From Nitrospirae bacterium JdFR-86 (GTDB lineage Bacteria; Nitrospirota; Thermodesulfovibrionia; Thermodesulfovibrionales; JdFR-86): a stretch of 64,000 bases of DNA. The notes beneath the pieces are model-generated. The model searched no databases and had not been told where the DNA came from. It saw only the letters and a program-made list of their open reading frames with translations. Positions 28,107 to 38,855 of this stretch are shown here, in pieces. A program made the translations under genes and the position numbers. Numbering within the stretch: the first letter of the stretch is position 1; the number at the start of each line of letters is the position of its first letter. The stretch is taken from the NCBI GenBank assembly GCA_002011815.1, contig MTOV01000015.1, forward strand, positions 1,405 to 65,404. Direction: 5' to 3'.

Positions 28107-28877
28107 ATGGGGAGACGTCTCAGCCAGAATTTTCTTTATGACCCTTCCATCCTAAGAAGGATTATCCAGATTGCAGGGCTTTCCCAGGGTGACACTGTCG
28201 TCGAGATAGGTTCTGGTCCTGGCAGGCTTACAAAGATGCTTGCAGAAAGGGCAGGGCATGTTATAGCCATAGAGCTTGACAGAAGGTTCTGTGAGGCACT
28301 GAAAGAGGACACTCAGGATTACGAAAACATTGAGGTCGTATGCGGCGATGCTCTTAGATATCCTTATGAGACAGCAGGACAGTTCAGCGTCGTTGCCAAT
28401 ATCCCCTATCATATAACCACACCGCTTATCTTCAAGCTTTTTGAATACCGGGGGAGTATAAAATCCATGACCCTTACGGTGCAGAAAGAGGTTGCCGAAA
28501 GGATAGTTGCAGGGCCAGGCACAAAAGACTACGGGGTGCTTTCCATAACTGTTCAGTATTACGGAAAGCCGGAATTAAAGTTTTATATCCCAAGAGGTGC
28601 TTTCAGACCAGTGCCCCGTGTGGACTCTGCATGCATACATATTGATGTCTATAAAAAACCAGTAATCGATGTAAAAGACGAAAAGCTCTTTTTCCGCCTG
28701 ATAAGAACAGCGTTTTCCCACAGGCGCAAGACTATGCTTAACGCACTGAAGACAATCTCTCCTGGGATGAAAGCCGTACTCAATGCCACGGGCATAGAGC
28801 CTTCAAGAAGACCTGAAACCGTGAGCATAGAGGAGTTTGCAAAGCTGTCGGAATATCTCAGAACCCGCCTTGACTGA
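28107..28877 (+). CDS. rsmA: 16S rRNA (adenine1518/1519-N6)-dimethyltransferase
   Basis: LSQNFL, VVEIGSGPGRLT and ANIPYHITTP motifs. Confidence 0.95.
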   Translation: MGRRLSQNFLYDPSILRRIIQIAGLSQGDTVVEIGSGPGRLTKMLAERAGHVIAIELDRRFCEALKEDTQDYENIEVVCGDALRYPYETAGQFSVVANIPYHITTPLIFKLFEYRGSIKSMTLTVQKEVAERIVAGPGTKDYGVLSITVQYYGKPELKFYIPRGAFRPVPRVDSACIHIDVYKKPVIDVKDEKLFFRLIRTAFSHRRKTMLNALKTISPGMKAVLNATGIEPSRRPETVSIEEFAKLSEYLRTRLD

Positions 28878-29008
28878 TGGGGGCATCTAAAATTCAGGCA
28901 TGGCATTTTTCAGCCCTGAATTTTGGATGCTATCTTGAGTAATTTCAAGATACAGTTCTGTCAACCCTTTGTGTTATCATAGTTGACTGTGGAGGGAATT
29001 TTTCTCAT

Positions 29009-30229
29009 GTGGCAATGTTTCCGGAGAGAAAGGGGGTCGTTGACCCCTTGACTGTGAAAAGGGTAGTTGTTACAGGTATCGGGGCAGTGACTCCTCTGGG
29101 AAATTCCTTTATAGATTCATGGGATGCGGCAAAGAAAAGTATTTCAGGCATTCGTCCGGTGACAAGGTTTGATGTATCAGACATCCCGTGGAAAGTTGCA
29201 GGCGAGCTTAAAGGTTTTTCTCCTGAGGAATACATTCCCCGAAAGGATTTAAGGCGTCTTGACCTGTTTGTGCATTATGCATTTGCTGCCGCATGGATGG
29301 CTTTTAAGGATGCGGCTTTGGATAAAAAACATCTAAACTCTGCCGGTGTCATTATCGGCTCAAGCAGGGGCGGAATAAGCACGATAGAAGAGACCCTGAG
29401 GAAAAGACCCACTGCCTATGCCATGTCAGCCACGACGATAAGCATGGCTGCATCGTATATAGCCAAGAGGCTTGGCATAAAAGGGCATTGTCTGGGCATC
29501 TCGAATGCGTGCTCTTCAGGTGCAAGTGCAATAGGCGAGGCGTTCAGGTTAATCAAACACGGTCAGGCAGAGGTTGTGCTTGCAGGCGGAACTGAAGCCC
29601 CTGTGTGCAGGCTTTGCATTGAAGGCTATGGTGCATCCGGAGCACTCTCTAAAAAAGGCATCAGCATGCCTTTTGACAAAAAAAGAGACGGCTTTGTGCT
29701 CTCAGAAGGAGCTTCAGTGCTCGTTCTTGAGGATTATGAATCAGCAATAAAGCGCGGCGCAAGGCTTTACGGTGAGATTTTAGGCTACGGCAACACATCC
29801 GATGCCTTTCATCAGACAGTGCCGGACAAAAAAGGCCAGGCAAAGGCTATAAAAGCAGCACTTGAAGAAGCAGGCATTAAGCCGGATGATGTAGATTTCA
29901 TCAACGCTCATGCCACGTCCACTCCGATAGGTGATATAACAGAGGCAGAGGCTATAGAACTCGTGTTCGGAAAAACCACTATTCCTGTAAGTTCGGTCAA
30001 ATCCATGACAGGGCATATGCTCGGCGCATCCGGTGCATTCGAGGCAGGCATGACTCTGATGACAATAAACGAAGGGATAATCCCGCCGACTGTTAATCTA
30101 AAAGAGCCTGAAGGCGGTCTTAATTATGTAAGACAGACCAGAAAGGCTCGGGTAAGGGTTGCCGTGTCGAATTCTTTCGGCTTTGGCGGGGTGAACTCAG
30201 TGCTGGTCTTTGCGTCTGTTTCAGATTAA
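29009..30229 (+). CDS. beta-ketoacyl-ACP synthase II-like condensing enzyme
   Basis: Cys-His-His triad contexts are present: NACSSGASAIG, NAHATSTPIGD and SMTGHMLGASG. Confidence 0.85.
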   Translation: MAMFPERKGVVDPLTVKRVVVTGIGAVTPLGNSFIDSWDAAKKSISGIRPVTRFDVSDIPWKVAGELKGFSPEEYIPRKDLRRLDLFVHYAFAAAWMAFKDAALDKKHLNSAGVIIGSSRGGISTIEETLRKRPTAYAMSATTISMAASYIAKRLGIKGHCLGISNACSSGASAIGEAFRLIKHGQAEVVLAGGTEAPVCRLCIEGYGASGALSKKGISMPFDKKRDGFVLSEGASVLVLEDYESAIKRGARLYGEILGYGNTSDAFHQTVPDKKGQAKAIKAALEEAGIKPDDVDFINAHATSTPIGDITEAEAIELVFGKTTIPVSSVKSMTGHMLGASGAFEAGMTLMTINEGIIPPTVNLKEPEGGLNYVRQTRKARVRVAVSNSFGFGGVNSVLVFASVSD

Positions 30230-31329
30230 AGTGCTTTTTCGTATATCCTGTATTTTTTATAGAGTTTTCCGCCTATCATTTCCACGAGTCTTTGAACAGG
30301 CAGGTTGTCTTCGAGTATCCATGAAAACTCCACTCGTCTGTAACCGCCTTTCTTTACTCCTTTGAAGCCTTCTCTGAAGAGCAGGGCATCCACGCCTTTT
30401 AACCTGTAGTCCTTTTTTACGCCTAAAAGAAGCATTCTCAGGTCTTTGATTTTTCTTGAGTAATAAACGGCTTTGAGAATCGTCACGGGATTAACCCTGC
30501 CGTTCATGTGTTTTAAGACATAATTAAAGTCCGGAATAAGTCCCATAAAGCCTACTGGTTTTCCTTCTGCCTCGGCAATGAGCGTAAGTTCCGGCACTGC
30601 AATCTCCTTGAGTCTTTGTCCGAGAAAATCGAGCTCTTCATCAGTAAGCGGGATGAACCCCCAGTTTTTCTCCCATGCAGAGTTGTACACTTCTTTAAAG
30701 GCTTCAAGCTCGGATATGAAATTTTTCTTGTTGACTGCTCTTACTTTTATTTTTCTTTTCTCTGCGATGGATGCCACCTTGAGTATCTTTTCCGGCAGCT
30801 TGTCTTCTATGTTGTAGATGTATGCAAAAAGGTCTTTGGATTTTTTCATCCCGTAATCTGTCATAAGGTCGTTGTAATAAGGCGGGTTATAAGGTGTCAT
30901 GAGCATTGGTGGTTCGTTGAAGCCTTCTATGAGGAATCCGCATTCCTCGTTCGTTGAAAAATTCATCGGACCTCTCAGTGTTTCCATTCCTTGATTTTTA
31001 AGTTCCTCTGCAACCCTGTTTAATAGAAGCTTTGAGACATCAGGGTCTTCTGTGCACTCAAAGAAGCCGAAGAAGCCAGCCTTTTCTTTATGAAATTCGA
31101 TGTGTCTTCTGTTTAGAATTGATACGATTCTTCCTGTGCAGACTCCGTTTTTCCTGGCGAGGAACAGTTTTACCTCTGCATGTTTGAAAAACGGGTTTGA
31201 GGGTGAGAATTGTTTACGCATTTCCCGTATAAGAGGTGGGACATAGAAGCGGTTACTGGAATAAATCCTGAAGGGTAGTTTTATAAAGTCATCGAGGTCT
31301 TTTTCGGATTTAACCTCAGCTATTTCCAT
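30226..31329 (-). CDS. GNAT-fold acyltransferase-like protein (candidate bacterial ceramide synthase-type N-acyltransferase)
   Basis: About 367 aa, last gene of the epimerase/Spt-like operon. AGFFGFFE motif and C-terminal acyl-CoA N-acyltransferase-like segment. The functional call rests on context. Confidence 0.45.
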   Translation of the reverse strand: MEIAEVKSEKDLDDFIKLPFRIYSSNRFYVPPLIREMRKQFSPSNPFFKHAEVKLFLARKNGVCTGRIVSILNRRHIEFHKEKAGFFGFFECTEDPDVSKLLLNRVAEELKNQGMETLRGPMNFSTNEECGFLIEGFNEPPMLMTPYNPPYYNDLMTDYGMKKSKDLFAYIYNIEDKLPEKILKVASIAEKRKIKVRAVNKKNFISELEAFKEVYNSAWEKNWGFIPLTDEELDFLGQRLKEIAVPELTLIAEAEGKPVGFMGLIPDFNYVLKHMNGRVNPVTILKAVYYSRKIKDLRMLLLGVKKDYRLKGVDALLFREGFKGVKKGGYRRVEFSWILEDNLPVQRLVEMIGGKLYKKYRIYEKAL

Positions 31330-31333
31330 TGGG

Positions 31334-32563
31334 TTACTGGATAAGCCCCAGAGCCTTTCCTACTTTTTCAAAGGCAATGAGGACGATTTCGAGGTGTTCG
31401 TCTGTATGTGTAGCCATGTAGCTTGTTCTGATGAGTGCCTTGCCGTTGGGCACTGCTGGAGGCACAGCCACGTTTGCGAACACGCCTTCGTCGTGAAGCA
31501 TCATTGCCATTTTGAAGGCTGTCTCGTTGTCTCCGACGATTATGGGTATTATGGGTGTTTCACTTGCTCCGACTTCAAACCCGAGGGATTTAAACCCGTT
31601 AAGCATCTTTCTGGTGTTGTGCCAGAGCCTTTCGATTCTTTCAGGCTCGCTTTCGATAATATCAATAGCTGCGCTTACTGCGGCTATGCTTGCAGGCGGC
31701 GGACTTGCGCTGAATATCAACGAGCGTGCGAAATGCTTTACGTAATGTATTACTTCCTCTGAGCCTGCTATAAACCCTCCTATGGATGCAAGCGACTTGC
31801 TGTATGTTCCCATTATAATGTCCACTTCGTTTTCAAGTCCGAAGTGTTCGGCAGTGCCTCTGCCGGTCTTCCCCAGAACCCCGATGCCGTGTGCATCATC
31901 CACCATGACTCTTGCATCGTATTTCTTCGCCAGTTTTATTATCTCAGGAAGGTTTGCTATGTCGCCTTCCATGCTGAAGACTCCGTCAACGACTATGAGT
32001 TTTCCCTTGCCTTCGTTTTCCTCGAGTATGCGTTCGAGGTCAGCCATGTCGTTGTGCCTGAACTTTCTGACTTCTGCATATGAAAGCCGGCAGCCGTCTA
32101 TGATGCTTGCATGGTCCATTTTATCGATGATTACAACATCGTCTTTTCCTGCAAGTGCAGAGATGGTGCCGAGGTTGACCTGAAAGCCGGTGGAAAATAC
32201 AAGCGCTGCTTCTTTTCTCATAAATCTTGCAAGTTTTTCCTCAAGTTTGACATGTATGTCAAGTGTTCCGTTCAGAAACCGTGAGCCTGCACAACCAGAG
32301 CCGTATTTTCTGACTGCCTCTATGGCTGCTTCCTTGACCTTTGGATGGTTTGTAAGTCCTAAGTAATTGTTCGAGCCGACCATTATCATCCTTCTGCCGT
32401 TTATGACAACTTCAGGGTCTTGTGCGCTCTCTATCATCCTGAAGTATGGATAGAGCCCTACGGACATGAGTTCTTTTGCCCTGTTGAATTTATAGCACTT
32501 GTCGAATATGTCAGTTGATTTCTTTACAGCCATTGATGAATTCTGTACCAGTTTGCCGTCCAT
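31334..32563 (-). CDS. alpha-oxoamine synthase family PLP enzyme, serine palmitoyltransferase-like
   Basis: The PLP lysine context [13 protein letters not shown] resembles Spt GTFSKS more than KBL or AONS. DDAHG motif present. Start is uncertain (32563 or 32533). Confidence 0.75.
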   Translation of the reverse strand: MDGKLVQNSSMAVKKSTDIFDKCYKFNRAKELMSVGLYPYFRMIESAQDPEVVINGRRMIMVGSNNYLGLTNHPKVKEAAIEAVRKYGSGCAGSRFLNGTLDIHVKLEEKLARFMRKEAALVFSTGFQVNLGTISALAGKDDVVIIDKMDHASIIDGCRLSYAEVRKFRHNDMADLERILEENEGKGKLIVVDGVFSMEGDIANLPEIIKLAKKYDARVMVDDAHGIGVLGKTGRGTAEHFGLENEVDIIMGTYSKSLASIGGFIAGSEEVIHYVKHFARSLIFSASPPPASIAAVSAAIDIIESEPERIERLWHNTRKMLNGFKSLGFEVGASETPIIPIIVGDNETAFKMAMMLHDEGVFANVAVPPAVPNGKALIRTSYMATHTDEHLEIVLIAFEKVGKALGLIQ

Positions 32564-33489
32564 TTAATCCCCTCGCTCATCTTCACCCTTGGTGAAAACC
32601 CAAGTTTCTTGTTTGCCTTTGAGGAATCGCATATCCATTTTGGATAACTCAATTCCTTCACCTTATCTTTGTTGATTATACTACTTTGTTTACTAAGACT
32701 ACTACTGATATGTGCAATAAGAGGGAATATGCGCTGTGGAATTCTCACACGGATGGGTTTTGTGCCGACTGCCTCTGATATGACAGAGGCTATGTCTTCG
32801 TTCGTGTAAATGTTTTCGTCGGAGAGGAAGAACACTCCGCCTTCTGCGTTTTCCGACTCAGCAGCCATAATGATCCCTCTGACGAGGTCATCCACATAAA
32901 GTAATGAGTAATAGCATTTGCCCCAGTACGGGAAAATCCCTTTTTTAAGTATCCTGTAGAACACGTAGAGGTCTTTGTCTCTTGGTCCGTAGACAGCAGG
33001 TGGTCTTATTATAGTGACTGGTATTTTGTCTTTGTATTTCATTACGGCATATTCGCCTTCGAGTTTGCTTTTTCCATAGCTGGAAACAGGTCTTGGAGGT
33101 GTATTTTCGTTAACAGGGTTTCCGTTGCTGCTTGGTCCTACCGCAGCAAGACTGCTGAGATAGAGGAATCTTTTAAGATTGGGATTTTTGGCTAAGGCAG
33201 CTTCAAGGAGGTTTTCTGTACCTTTTACATTTACAGCGAAGAAGTCTTCGTCCTTAGGTGCTTTTGTCAGTCCGGCGATGTGGAATATAGTATCGACGTC
33301 CTTGACTGCATCAAGCAAGGATTCTTTGTTTCGGCAGTCTCCATATATAAGTGTTACATCGAGGCTTTCTATCCACTTTAGTGTGGATTCTTTCCTTATG
33401 AGACAGGCAACTCTGTAACCTTTCTTGAGGAGTTCTTCTACGAGGTGGCTTCCGATGAAGCCTGTGGCACCTGTCACAAGGGCTTTCAT
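32524..33489 (-). CDS. NAD-dependent epimerase/dehydratase-family (extended SDR) reductase
   Basis: [12 protein letters not shown] Rossmann motif and YGKSK catalytic YxxxK. Confidence 0.8.
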   Translation of the reverse strand: MKALVTGATGFIGSHLVEELLKKGYRVACLIRKESTLKWIESLDVTLIYGDCRNKESLLDAVKDVDTIFHIAGLTKAPKDEDFFAVNVKGTENLLEAALAKNPNLKRFLYLSSLAAVGPSSNGNPVNENTPPRPVSSYGKSKLEGEYAVMKYKDKIPVTIIRPPAVYGPRDKDLYVFYRILKKGIFPYWGKCYYSLLYVDDLVRGIIMAAESENAEGGVFFLSDENIYTNEDIASVISEAVGTKPIRVRIPQRIFPLIAHISSSLSKQSSIINKDKVKELSYPKWICDSSKANKKLGFSPRVKMSEGIKWTANWYRIHQWL

Positions 33490-33580
33490 AAGCTAAAAAT
33501 ATTTTGAGCCATCATTTAAGATTAGTCAAGTTAAAAACTTAAAAGATTGAGAATTGTTTAGAAAGGCGGTTAGGGCGGTG

Positions 33581-34414
33581 TTAGAGGCTCATGTTTTCAA
33601 GTCTGTAGATTCTTTCCTCAATTGGCGGATGAGTGCTGAAGAGCTTTAGTAGTCTGTCTCCTGTCAATGGGTTAACTATAAACATATGTGATGTTGCAGC
33701 ATTTGCCTTCATTGGGATTTGTCTTGATGCAGAGTGTAGTTTTCTCAGGGCGCTAGCAAGATACCTTGGATTTCCTGAGAGCCTTGCACCGCCCATGTCT
33801 GCCTGGTACTCCCTTGACCTTGAGATTGCCATCTGCACGATGAGTGCAGCTATCGGAGCAACTATCATCATTACAAGTGCAGCTATTGGGTTTTCGTCCT
33901 CGTCGTCGTGTCTGCCGAAGATTAGAGCCCATTGTGCCATCTGCGCAAGATAGCTTATAGCACCGGCGATTGTTGCCGCTATGGTGCTTATGAGAATGTC
34001 TCTGTGCTTTATGTGGGCAAGCTCATGCCCGATGACTCCTGCCAGTTCTTCAGGCGACAGAATGTGCATGATTCCAGTGGTGACTGCGACTGCTGCATGT
34101 TCTGGATTTCTTCCTGTGGCAAATGCGTTGGGCTGGTCAGCCTCTATTATGTAGAGTTTTGGCATTGGCATCCCGGCTTTTTTCGTAAGCCATTTGACTA
34201 TGCTGTAAAGTTCCGGTGCCTCAGCCTCTGTAACCTCCTTTGCACCATACATCTTCAGGACGATCTTGTCACTATACCAGTAGGCAAAGAAGTTCATGCC
34301 AAGAGCGAAAATAAGAGCTATAGTCATCCCCTGCTTTCCGCCAAACGCTCCTCCTGCAAACACGAGCATAACCGTAAGCGTGACAAGTAGAAACATCGTC
34401 TTTAAGTTGTTCAT
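33581..34414 (-). CDS. htpX: protease HtpX (M48 zinc metalloprotease)
   Basis: [10 protein letters not shown] zinc motif, N-terminal TM helices and C-terminal THPPIEERI. Confidence 0.9.
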   Translation of the reverse strand: MNNLKTMFLLVTLTVMLVFAGGAFGGKQGMTIALIFALGMNFFAYWYSDKIVLKMYGAKEVTEAEAPELYSIVKWLTKKAGMPMPKLYIIEADQPNAFATGRNPEHAAVAVTTGIMHILSPEELAGVIGHELAHIKHRDILISTIAATIAGAISYLAQMAQWALIFGRHDDEDENPIAALVMMIVAPIAALIVQMAISRSREYQADMGGARLSGNPRYLASALRKLHSASRQIPMKANAATSHMFIVNPLTGDRLLKLFSTHPPIEERIYRLENMSL

Positions 34415-34526
34415 CGTTACCTCCAGTTTGCAGTTATGTCAGAGATGACATTAAGGTTTTTATTTATTATAAATGAAATTTTGTGTCTGTTTGCAAGTGG
34501 GGGGCAGGTGTTGCAAGGATCCGGCA

Positions 34527-34907
34527 CTATAATGCCGAACACTGTTTAAGAGTGTTTTCCAGCTCAGCCAATTTGAATGGTTTTTTAAGCGTAAATATGC
34601 CTTTTTTCTTAAACTCATCAGCGAGTTCGGCAGTTATGAACGCTGAGCATACGACTATCTTTGGATTCTTGTCTGGGATTTCACTCACTTTTTTAAGCAG
34701 ATGTGTGCCATTTTCCTCAGGCATTCTAAGGTCAGTAAACAACACGTCGAAGTCGCTATGGAGTATATGGCGTAGAGCTTCACTGCTGCTGGAGGCTGAA
34801 ATTACTTCATGTCCCAGCTTTTTTAGTGCTCTTTCCAAAAACCACCTGACAAGTTGTTCATCATCAACAACAAGAACTCGCATAGTACCCATTGTTTTAA
34901 ATAGCAA
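34527..34907 (-). CDS. single-domain response regulator (receiver only)
   Basis: VLVVDDE, LFTDLRMPE and LKKPF. Confidence 0.85.
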   Translation of the reverse strand: MLFKTMGTMRVLVVDDEQLVRWFLERALKKLGHEVISASSSSEALRHILHSDFDVLFTDLRMPEENGTHLLKKVSEIPDKNPKIVVCSAFITAELADEFKKKGIFTLKKPFKLAELENTLKQCSAL

Positions 34908-34915
34908 AAAACGTG

Positions 34916-36301
34916 CTAATTTTTTTCAGGGAGGAAACCGAATTTTTGCATTCTGTACCGGAGGGTGTCTCTTGTAAGGTTGAGGAGCTTTGCGGCCCTT
35001 GTCTGGTTACCTTTAGTCGCGTCTAGAGCCTGTCTTATAAGTTCTTTTTCAACTTCTTCTATGTCTATGCCGCCTGGTGGGATCTTTATATCAATACCTC
35101 TTGCATTCTTTGTCATTATTTCGCTGGATGTCATCTCTAGCGGGAGGTGTTCAGGCAGTATGTATTCATCGCTTTCGAGTATCATGGCTCTTTCTATGAC
35201 ATTTTTGAGTTCTCTGACATTTCCGGGCCATGGGTATTCCATAAAGCATTTTTCAGTCTCTTTTGCCAGACCTTTGAGGTTCTTCTTGCATTCCCTGTTG
35301 AAATTATCTATAAAGTATTTTGCAAGCAGAAGTATATCTTCTCCTCTGTCCCTCAGGGGAGGCAGCACTATGGGTATTACCTTTAGTCTGTAGTAGAGGT
35401 CTTCCCTGAAGTTTCCTTTTCTTACCTCTTCGTCTATATTTCTGTTGGTTGCTGCTATGATTCTTACATCCACCTCTATATCTTTTGTGCCGCCGATTCT
35501 TTTAAAAGATTTATTCTCTATAACCTTGAGGATTTTTGCCTGTGTATTGGGGCTCATATCTCCGATTTCATCGAGGTATACAGTGCCGCCGTCTGCAAGT
35601 TCAAAGAGCCCTTTTTTCATCATTTTTGCGTCTGTGAAGGCACCTTTTTCGTATCCGAACAGCTCGCTTTCAACGAGGTTTTCAGGCAAAGCGGTGCAGT
35701 TTATTTCCATGAAAGGTTTTTCCGCGCGGCTGCTCTGGTAGTGGATTACCTTTGCAACAAGGTCTTTGCCTGTTCCGCTTTCGCCCTGCAGAAATATAGT
35801 AGTGGCGTCGCTCTTTGTGACCTTTGTTATAAGGTCGAAGACCTTTTTCATTTCCTCTGATTTTCCGATTATGCTGTCAAAGCCGTATTTGGCGGAAAGC
35901 TGGCTTCTGAACTGGGATACCTCTTTTCTGAGGGAGACGGTCTCCAGAGCCTTGTTCAAGAGGATTTTCAGCTTTTCCATATTAAACGGCTTTTCGACGA
36001 AGTCGTAAGCGCCGAGTTTGATGGTCTTGACTGCAGTCTGAATGTCTCCGAAGGCGGTAATCATCACCACGAGTGCGTGCCTGTCGATTTCTTTTATGCC
36101 TTCGAGTATGGTTATGCCGGATACGTCAGGCAGGTGGATGTCCAGCAGTGTAATGTCCGGCATTTCTTCTTTGAATATATCGAGACCTTCCAGCCCCTTC
36201 TCAGCGGTCAACACGGTATAACCTTCCTTGGAGAGATTCTGCTCAAGCGACCACCTTAGGAGCTTTTCGTCGTCTATAACAAGGATTTTTGCTTCAGACA
36301 T
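34916..36301 (-). CDS. sigma-54-dependent NtrC-family response regulator
   Basis: REC domain, AAA+ (GESGTGKD, GAFTDA, ESELFGY) and C-terminal Fis-type HTH (GNQTRAAKLLNLTRDTLRYRMQKFG). Confidence 0.95.
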   Translation of the reverse strand: MSEAKILVIDDEKLLRWSLEQNLSKEGYTVLTAEKGLEGLDIFKEEMPDITLLDIHLPDVSGITILEGIKEIDRHALVVMITAFGDIQTAVKTIKLGAYDFVEKPFNMEKLKILLNKALETVSLRKEVSQFRSQLSAKYGFDSIIGKSEEMKKVFDLITKVTKSDATTIFLQGESGTGKDLVAKVIHYQSSRAEKPFMEINCTALPENLVESELFGYEKGAFTDAKMMKKGLFELADGGTVYLDEIGDMSPNTQAKILKVIENKSFKRIGGTKDIEVDVRIIAATNRNIDEEVRKGNFREDLYYRLKVIPIVLPPLRDRGEDILLLAKYFIDNFNRECKKNLKGLAKETEKCFMEYPWPGNVRELKNVIERAMILESDEYILPEHLPLEMTSSEIMTKNARGIDIKIPPGGIDIEEVEKELIRQALDATKGNQTRAAKLLNLTRDTLRYRMQKFGFLPEKN

Positions 36302-37703
36302 TTTTCACCTCCAGCGGCAGTATTACGCGGAAAGTGCTGCCTGTGCCTATCTGGCTTTCAACCTCAATCCTTCCGCCGTGTTTTTCCACGATATTTTTAC
36401 TTATAGCCAGCCCCAGCCCTGTTCCTGTGTGCTTCGTTGTAAAAAAGGGCTTAAAGATATTCTTCAAGTTCTCGTAAGCAATACCCTGCCCGGTGTCCGT
36501 GATAGCTATCTCTGCCTCTCCCTTATCTTTTCTTAGATAAGTCGTAATGGTCAATGTTCCTCCTCCTGGCATCGAATGCAGAGCATTGAGCATAATATTT
36601 AAAAATACCTGCTGCATTTGTTCCGGATCTACGTTAATCTCTCCGATATCATCCGCTGTTATTATATTAACATCAATGCCCTGTTTTTTGGCTTTGGGTA
36701 AGATCAGCCTTTTTGCACGTTCGATTATAGGCATAATCGGAGTCCTCATAAAATGCGGCTCAGGCGGCTTTGCAAAACTGAGAAGGTCTCTTACTGCCTT
36801 GTCAAGGCGTTCAATCTCGCTTAACACTTCCTGTATTATGTCTCTTCGTGGGTCATCAGGGGGGAAGTCCTCTGCAAACACCTGTATTGCTCCGCTGATA
36901 CCGGCAAGTGGATTTTTTATCTCGTGGGCAATGGCAGATGCAAGTTCCCCGATGGTAGCCATCTTCTCAACTTTCTGCATAGCCTCTATCTGACAGGATT
37001 CAAGCTCATGTCGTGCCTTGTTCAGTTCGTTGAGCATGGAGTTAAGACTTTTGGCAAGAGAGCCTATTTCATCTTTTCGACTGGTATCAAATCTCACATT
37101 AAGGTCTCCGTCCTCGACTTTTTTTATTGTGCTGATGATGCGTTTTAGTGGTCTGTTTATTAGAAATGTGGTCAGCACGCCGACTGAGACCGTGAGGGTA
37201 AACAGGGTCAGCAGGTAGAGGAAAACAGTTTTTTCTCTCAGGTTCCGGATTTTCTTGAGGGTTCCCTCCATAGACATTTCCACACTAAGGATGCTCATCA
37301 CTTCTTTACTGCTGTTATGACACCGCTGGCACGGCTTTTCGTTATAAATAGGCATCCGGATGCAGTATATGTGCCTGCCGTTTATTTCGCGTGAAAAGAG
37401 TTCTGGGGTAAGGGGTTTTTCAGCGTCCCATGAGATGTTGAATTTAGTGCCTATCTCTGATGGGTTAGATGAGCTTATTACAGTTCCATCGGGCCTGAAG
37501 ATGCGCACCGAGTGTATATCCTGAGCGATTAAATGCTCGAGAAACAGATGGAAATCCTCTGCCTTGCCTTTAAGCATAATCGTGATAAGCCCGTTTTTTA
37601 TTATCTCTGTCACCAGAGTTGCCTTTGCTTTGTCTTCTTCTGCTATGTGTTTTTCTTGCAAATACAGGAACTGGTAGGAAAAGGCGCCGATAATCACCAG
37701 CAT
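36294..37703 (-). CDS. sensor histidine kinase with a CxxCH motif in the periplasmic sensor domain
   Basis: TM, about 150-aa extracytoplasmic domain ending in KPCQRCHNSSKE, TM, HAMP, H-box AHEIKNPL, then HATPase_c (NALHS, DTGQGI, GTGLGL). Confidence 0.85.
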   Translation of the reverse strand: MLVIIGAFSYQFLYLQEKHIAEEDKAKATLVTEIIKNGLITIMLKGKAEDFHLFLEHLIAQDIHSVRIFRPDGTVISSSNPSEIGTKFNISWDAEKPLTPELFSREINGRHIYCIRMPIYNEKPCQRCHNSSKEVMSILSVEMSMEGTLKKIRNLREKTVFLYLLTLFTLTVSVGVLTTFLINRPLKRIISTIKKVEDGDLNVRFDTSRKDEIGSLAKSLNSMLNELNKARHELESCQIEAMQKVEKMATIGELASAIAHEIKNPLAGISGAIQVFAEDFPPDDPRRDIIQEVLSEIERLDKAVRDLLSFAKPPEPHFMRTPIMPIIERAKRLILPKAKKQGIDVNIITADDIGEINVDPEQMQQVFLNIMLNALHSMPGGGTLTITTYLRKDKGEAEIAITDTGQGIAYENLKNIFKPFFTTKHTGTGLGLAISKNIVEKHGGRIEVESQIGTGSTFRVILPLEVKNV

Positions 37704-37766
37704 GATACATGTGGCAGAAAGGACGTATTTGCTTTTAAGGCTCAGATTGCCCTCCCGGGTTGAAGA

Positions 37767-38855
37767 TTACTCAAGCCCTCCGTATGCATGAAGCCCGCTA
37801 AGGAGCAAATTAACTCCCAGATATGTGAATATTACAGCAACAAACCCCAGAACGGCTACTACTGAAATCTTATGACCTCTCCACCCCCTAAGAAGTCTGG
37901 CGTGAAGGTAAAATGCATATACGAACCATGTTATCAGGGACCATGTCTCTTTTGGGTCCCAGCTCCAGTAAACACCCCATGCCTGGTCAGCCCATATGGC
38001 GCCGAATATGAGTCCGCCCAGTGTGAATATCGGAAAACCAATTGCAATGCTCTTGTATGTAATCTCATCAAGTGTACTCGCCGAGATGTTAAATGTCTCT
38101 ATTATCCGCTTCAGTATATAGCCGTATCGCCATATAACGAACAGTAAAACAAAAGCTGCAATATAGCTTAGTATGGACACAATAGAAGAGTCGCTGAAGA
38201 ATGTCGCTTTAAAGAGATAACTTTTTATGAGTGCTTCCGGCTTCATCCCTGCCACTTTAAATTTCAGGAAATCAAGCCCCAGTGCTCCCAGCACGATTAC
38301 GAATATGCCGAGCATTACACTCCAGAATATGTAAGAGGCCTCTGTTTTTCTTTCCGTTGTTACTATCAGATACATCATTGCTGTGCTGAAGGACAGTGCA
38401 AATGTTGCGTATGATATAAAGCTCATTATGACGTGCACGAGCAGCCAGTTGCTCTGAAGTGCAGGCACGAGAGGCTGAATCTCTTTTGACATTCCGGAGA
38501 TGTCTATAAATGCAAGGGCAAGACCTGCAACAGGGGTTACAAAAGCACCGAAAGAGCGGTTCTTGTATTTGAATTCTACTACCAGGTAGCCCAGTATCAG
38601 ACACCACACAAAGAATATCAGGGATTCATAGAGATTGGTAATCGGCACTGACCTTAGTATTCCCATCTGGCTTATGTCGTAAAATTCTTTCCATCTGAGA
38701 AGAATGGCTAACGTCTGGCAGACAAAACCTGTTATAGTGATAGTGGTTGCCGCTACACCAACACCATGTTTTTTAAAGGCTATGTAGGTGATGTAGGTTA
38801 TCATCGCGAGGATATAAGCTACAGTTGAGATTCCGAAGAAGACGGAACTATCCAT
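37767..38855 (-). CDS. ccsA: cytochrome c biogenesis protein CcsA/ResC (System II)
   Basis: WGVYWSWDPKETW tryptophan-rich WWD motif; polytopic. Confidence 0.9.
   Translation of the reverse strand: MDSSVFFGISTVAYILAMITYITYIAFKKHGVGVAATTITITGFVCQTLAILLRWKEFYDISQMGILRSVPITNLYESLIFFVWCLILGYLVVEFKYKNRSFGAFVTPVAGLALAFIDISGMSKEIQPLVPALQSNWLLVHVIMSFISYATFALSFSTAMMYLIVTTERKTEASYIFWSVMLGIFVIVLGALGLDFLKFKVAGMKPEALIKSYLFKATFFSDSSIVSILSYIAAFVLLFVIWRYGYILKRIIETFNISASTLDEITYKSIAIGFPIFTLGGLIFGAIWADQAWGVYWSWDPKETWSLITWFVYAFYLHARLLRGWRGHKISVVAVLGFVAVIFTYLGVNLLLSGLHAYGGLE

Noticed and set aside
28889-28924. AT-rich 10-11 bp hairpin AAAATTCAGG(C)...(G)CCTGAATTTT after rsmA, considered as a terminator.
   Set aside because: The stem is AT-rich, the loop is 13 nt and the T-run is part of the stem. 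It is plausible but too weak to list as a feature.
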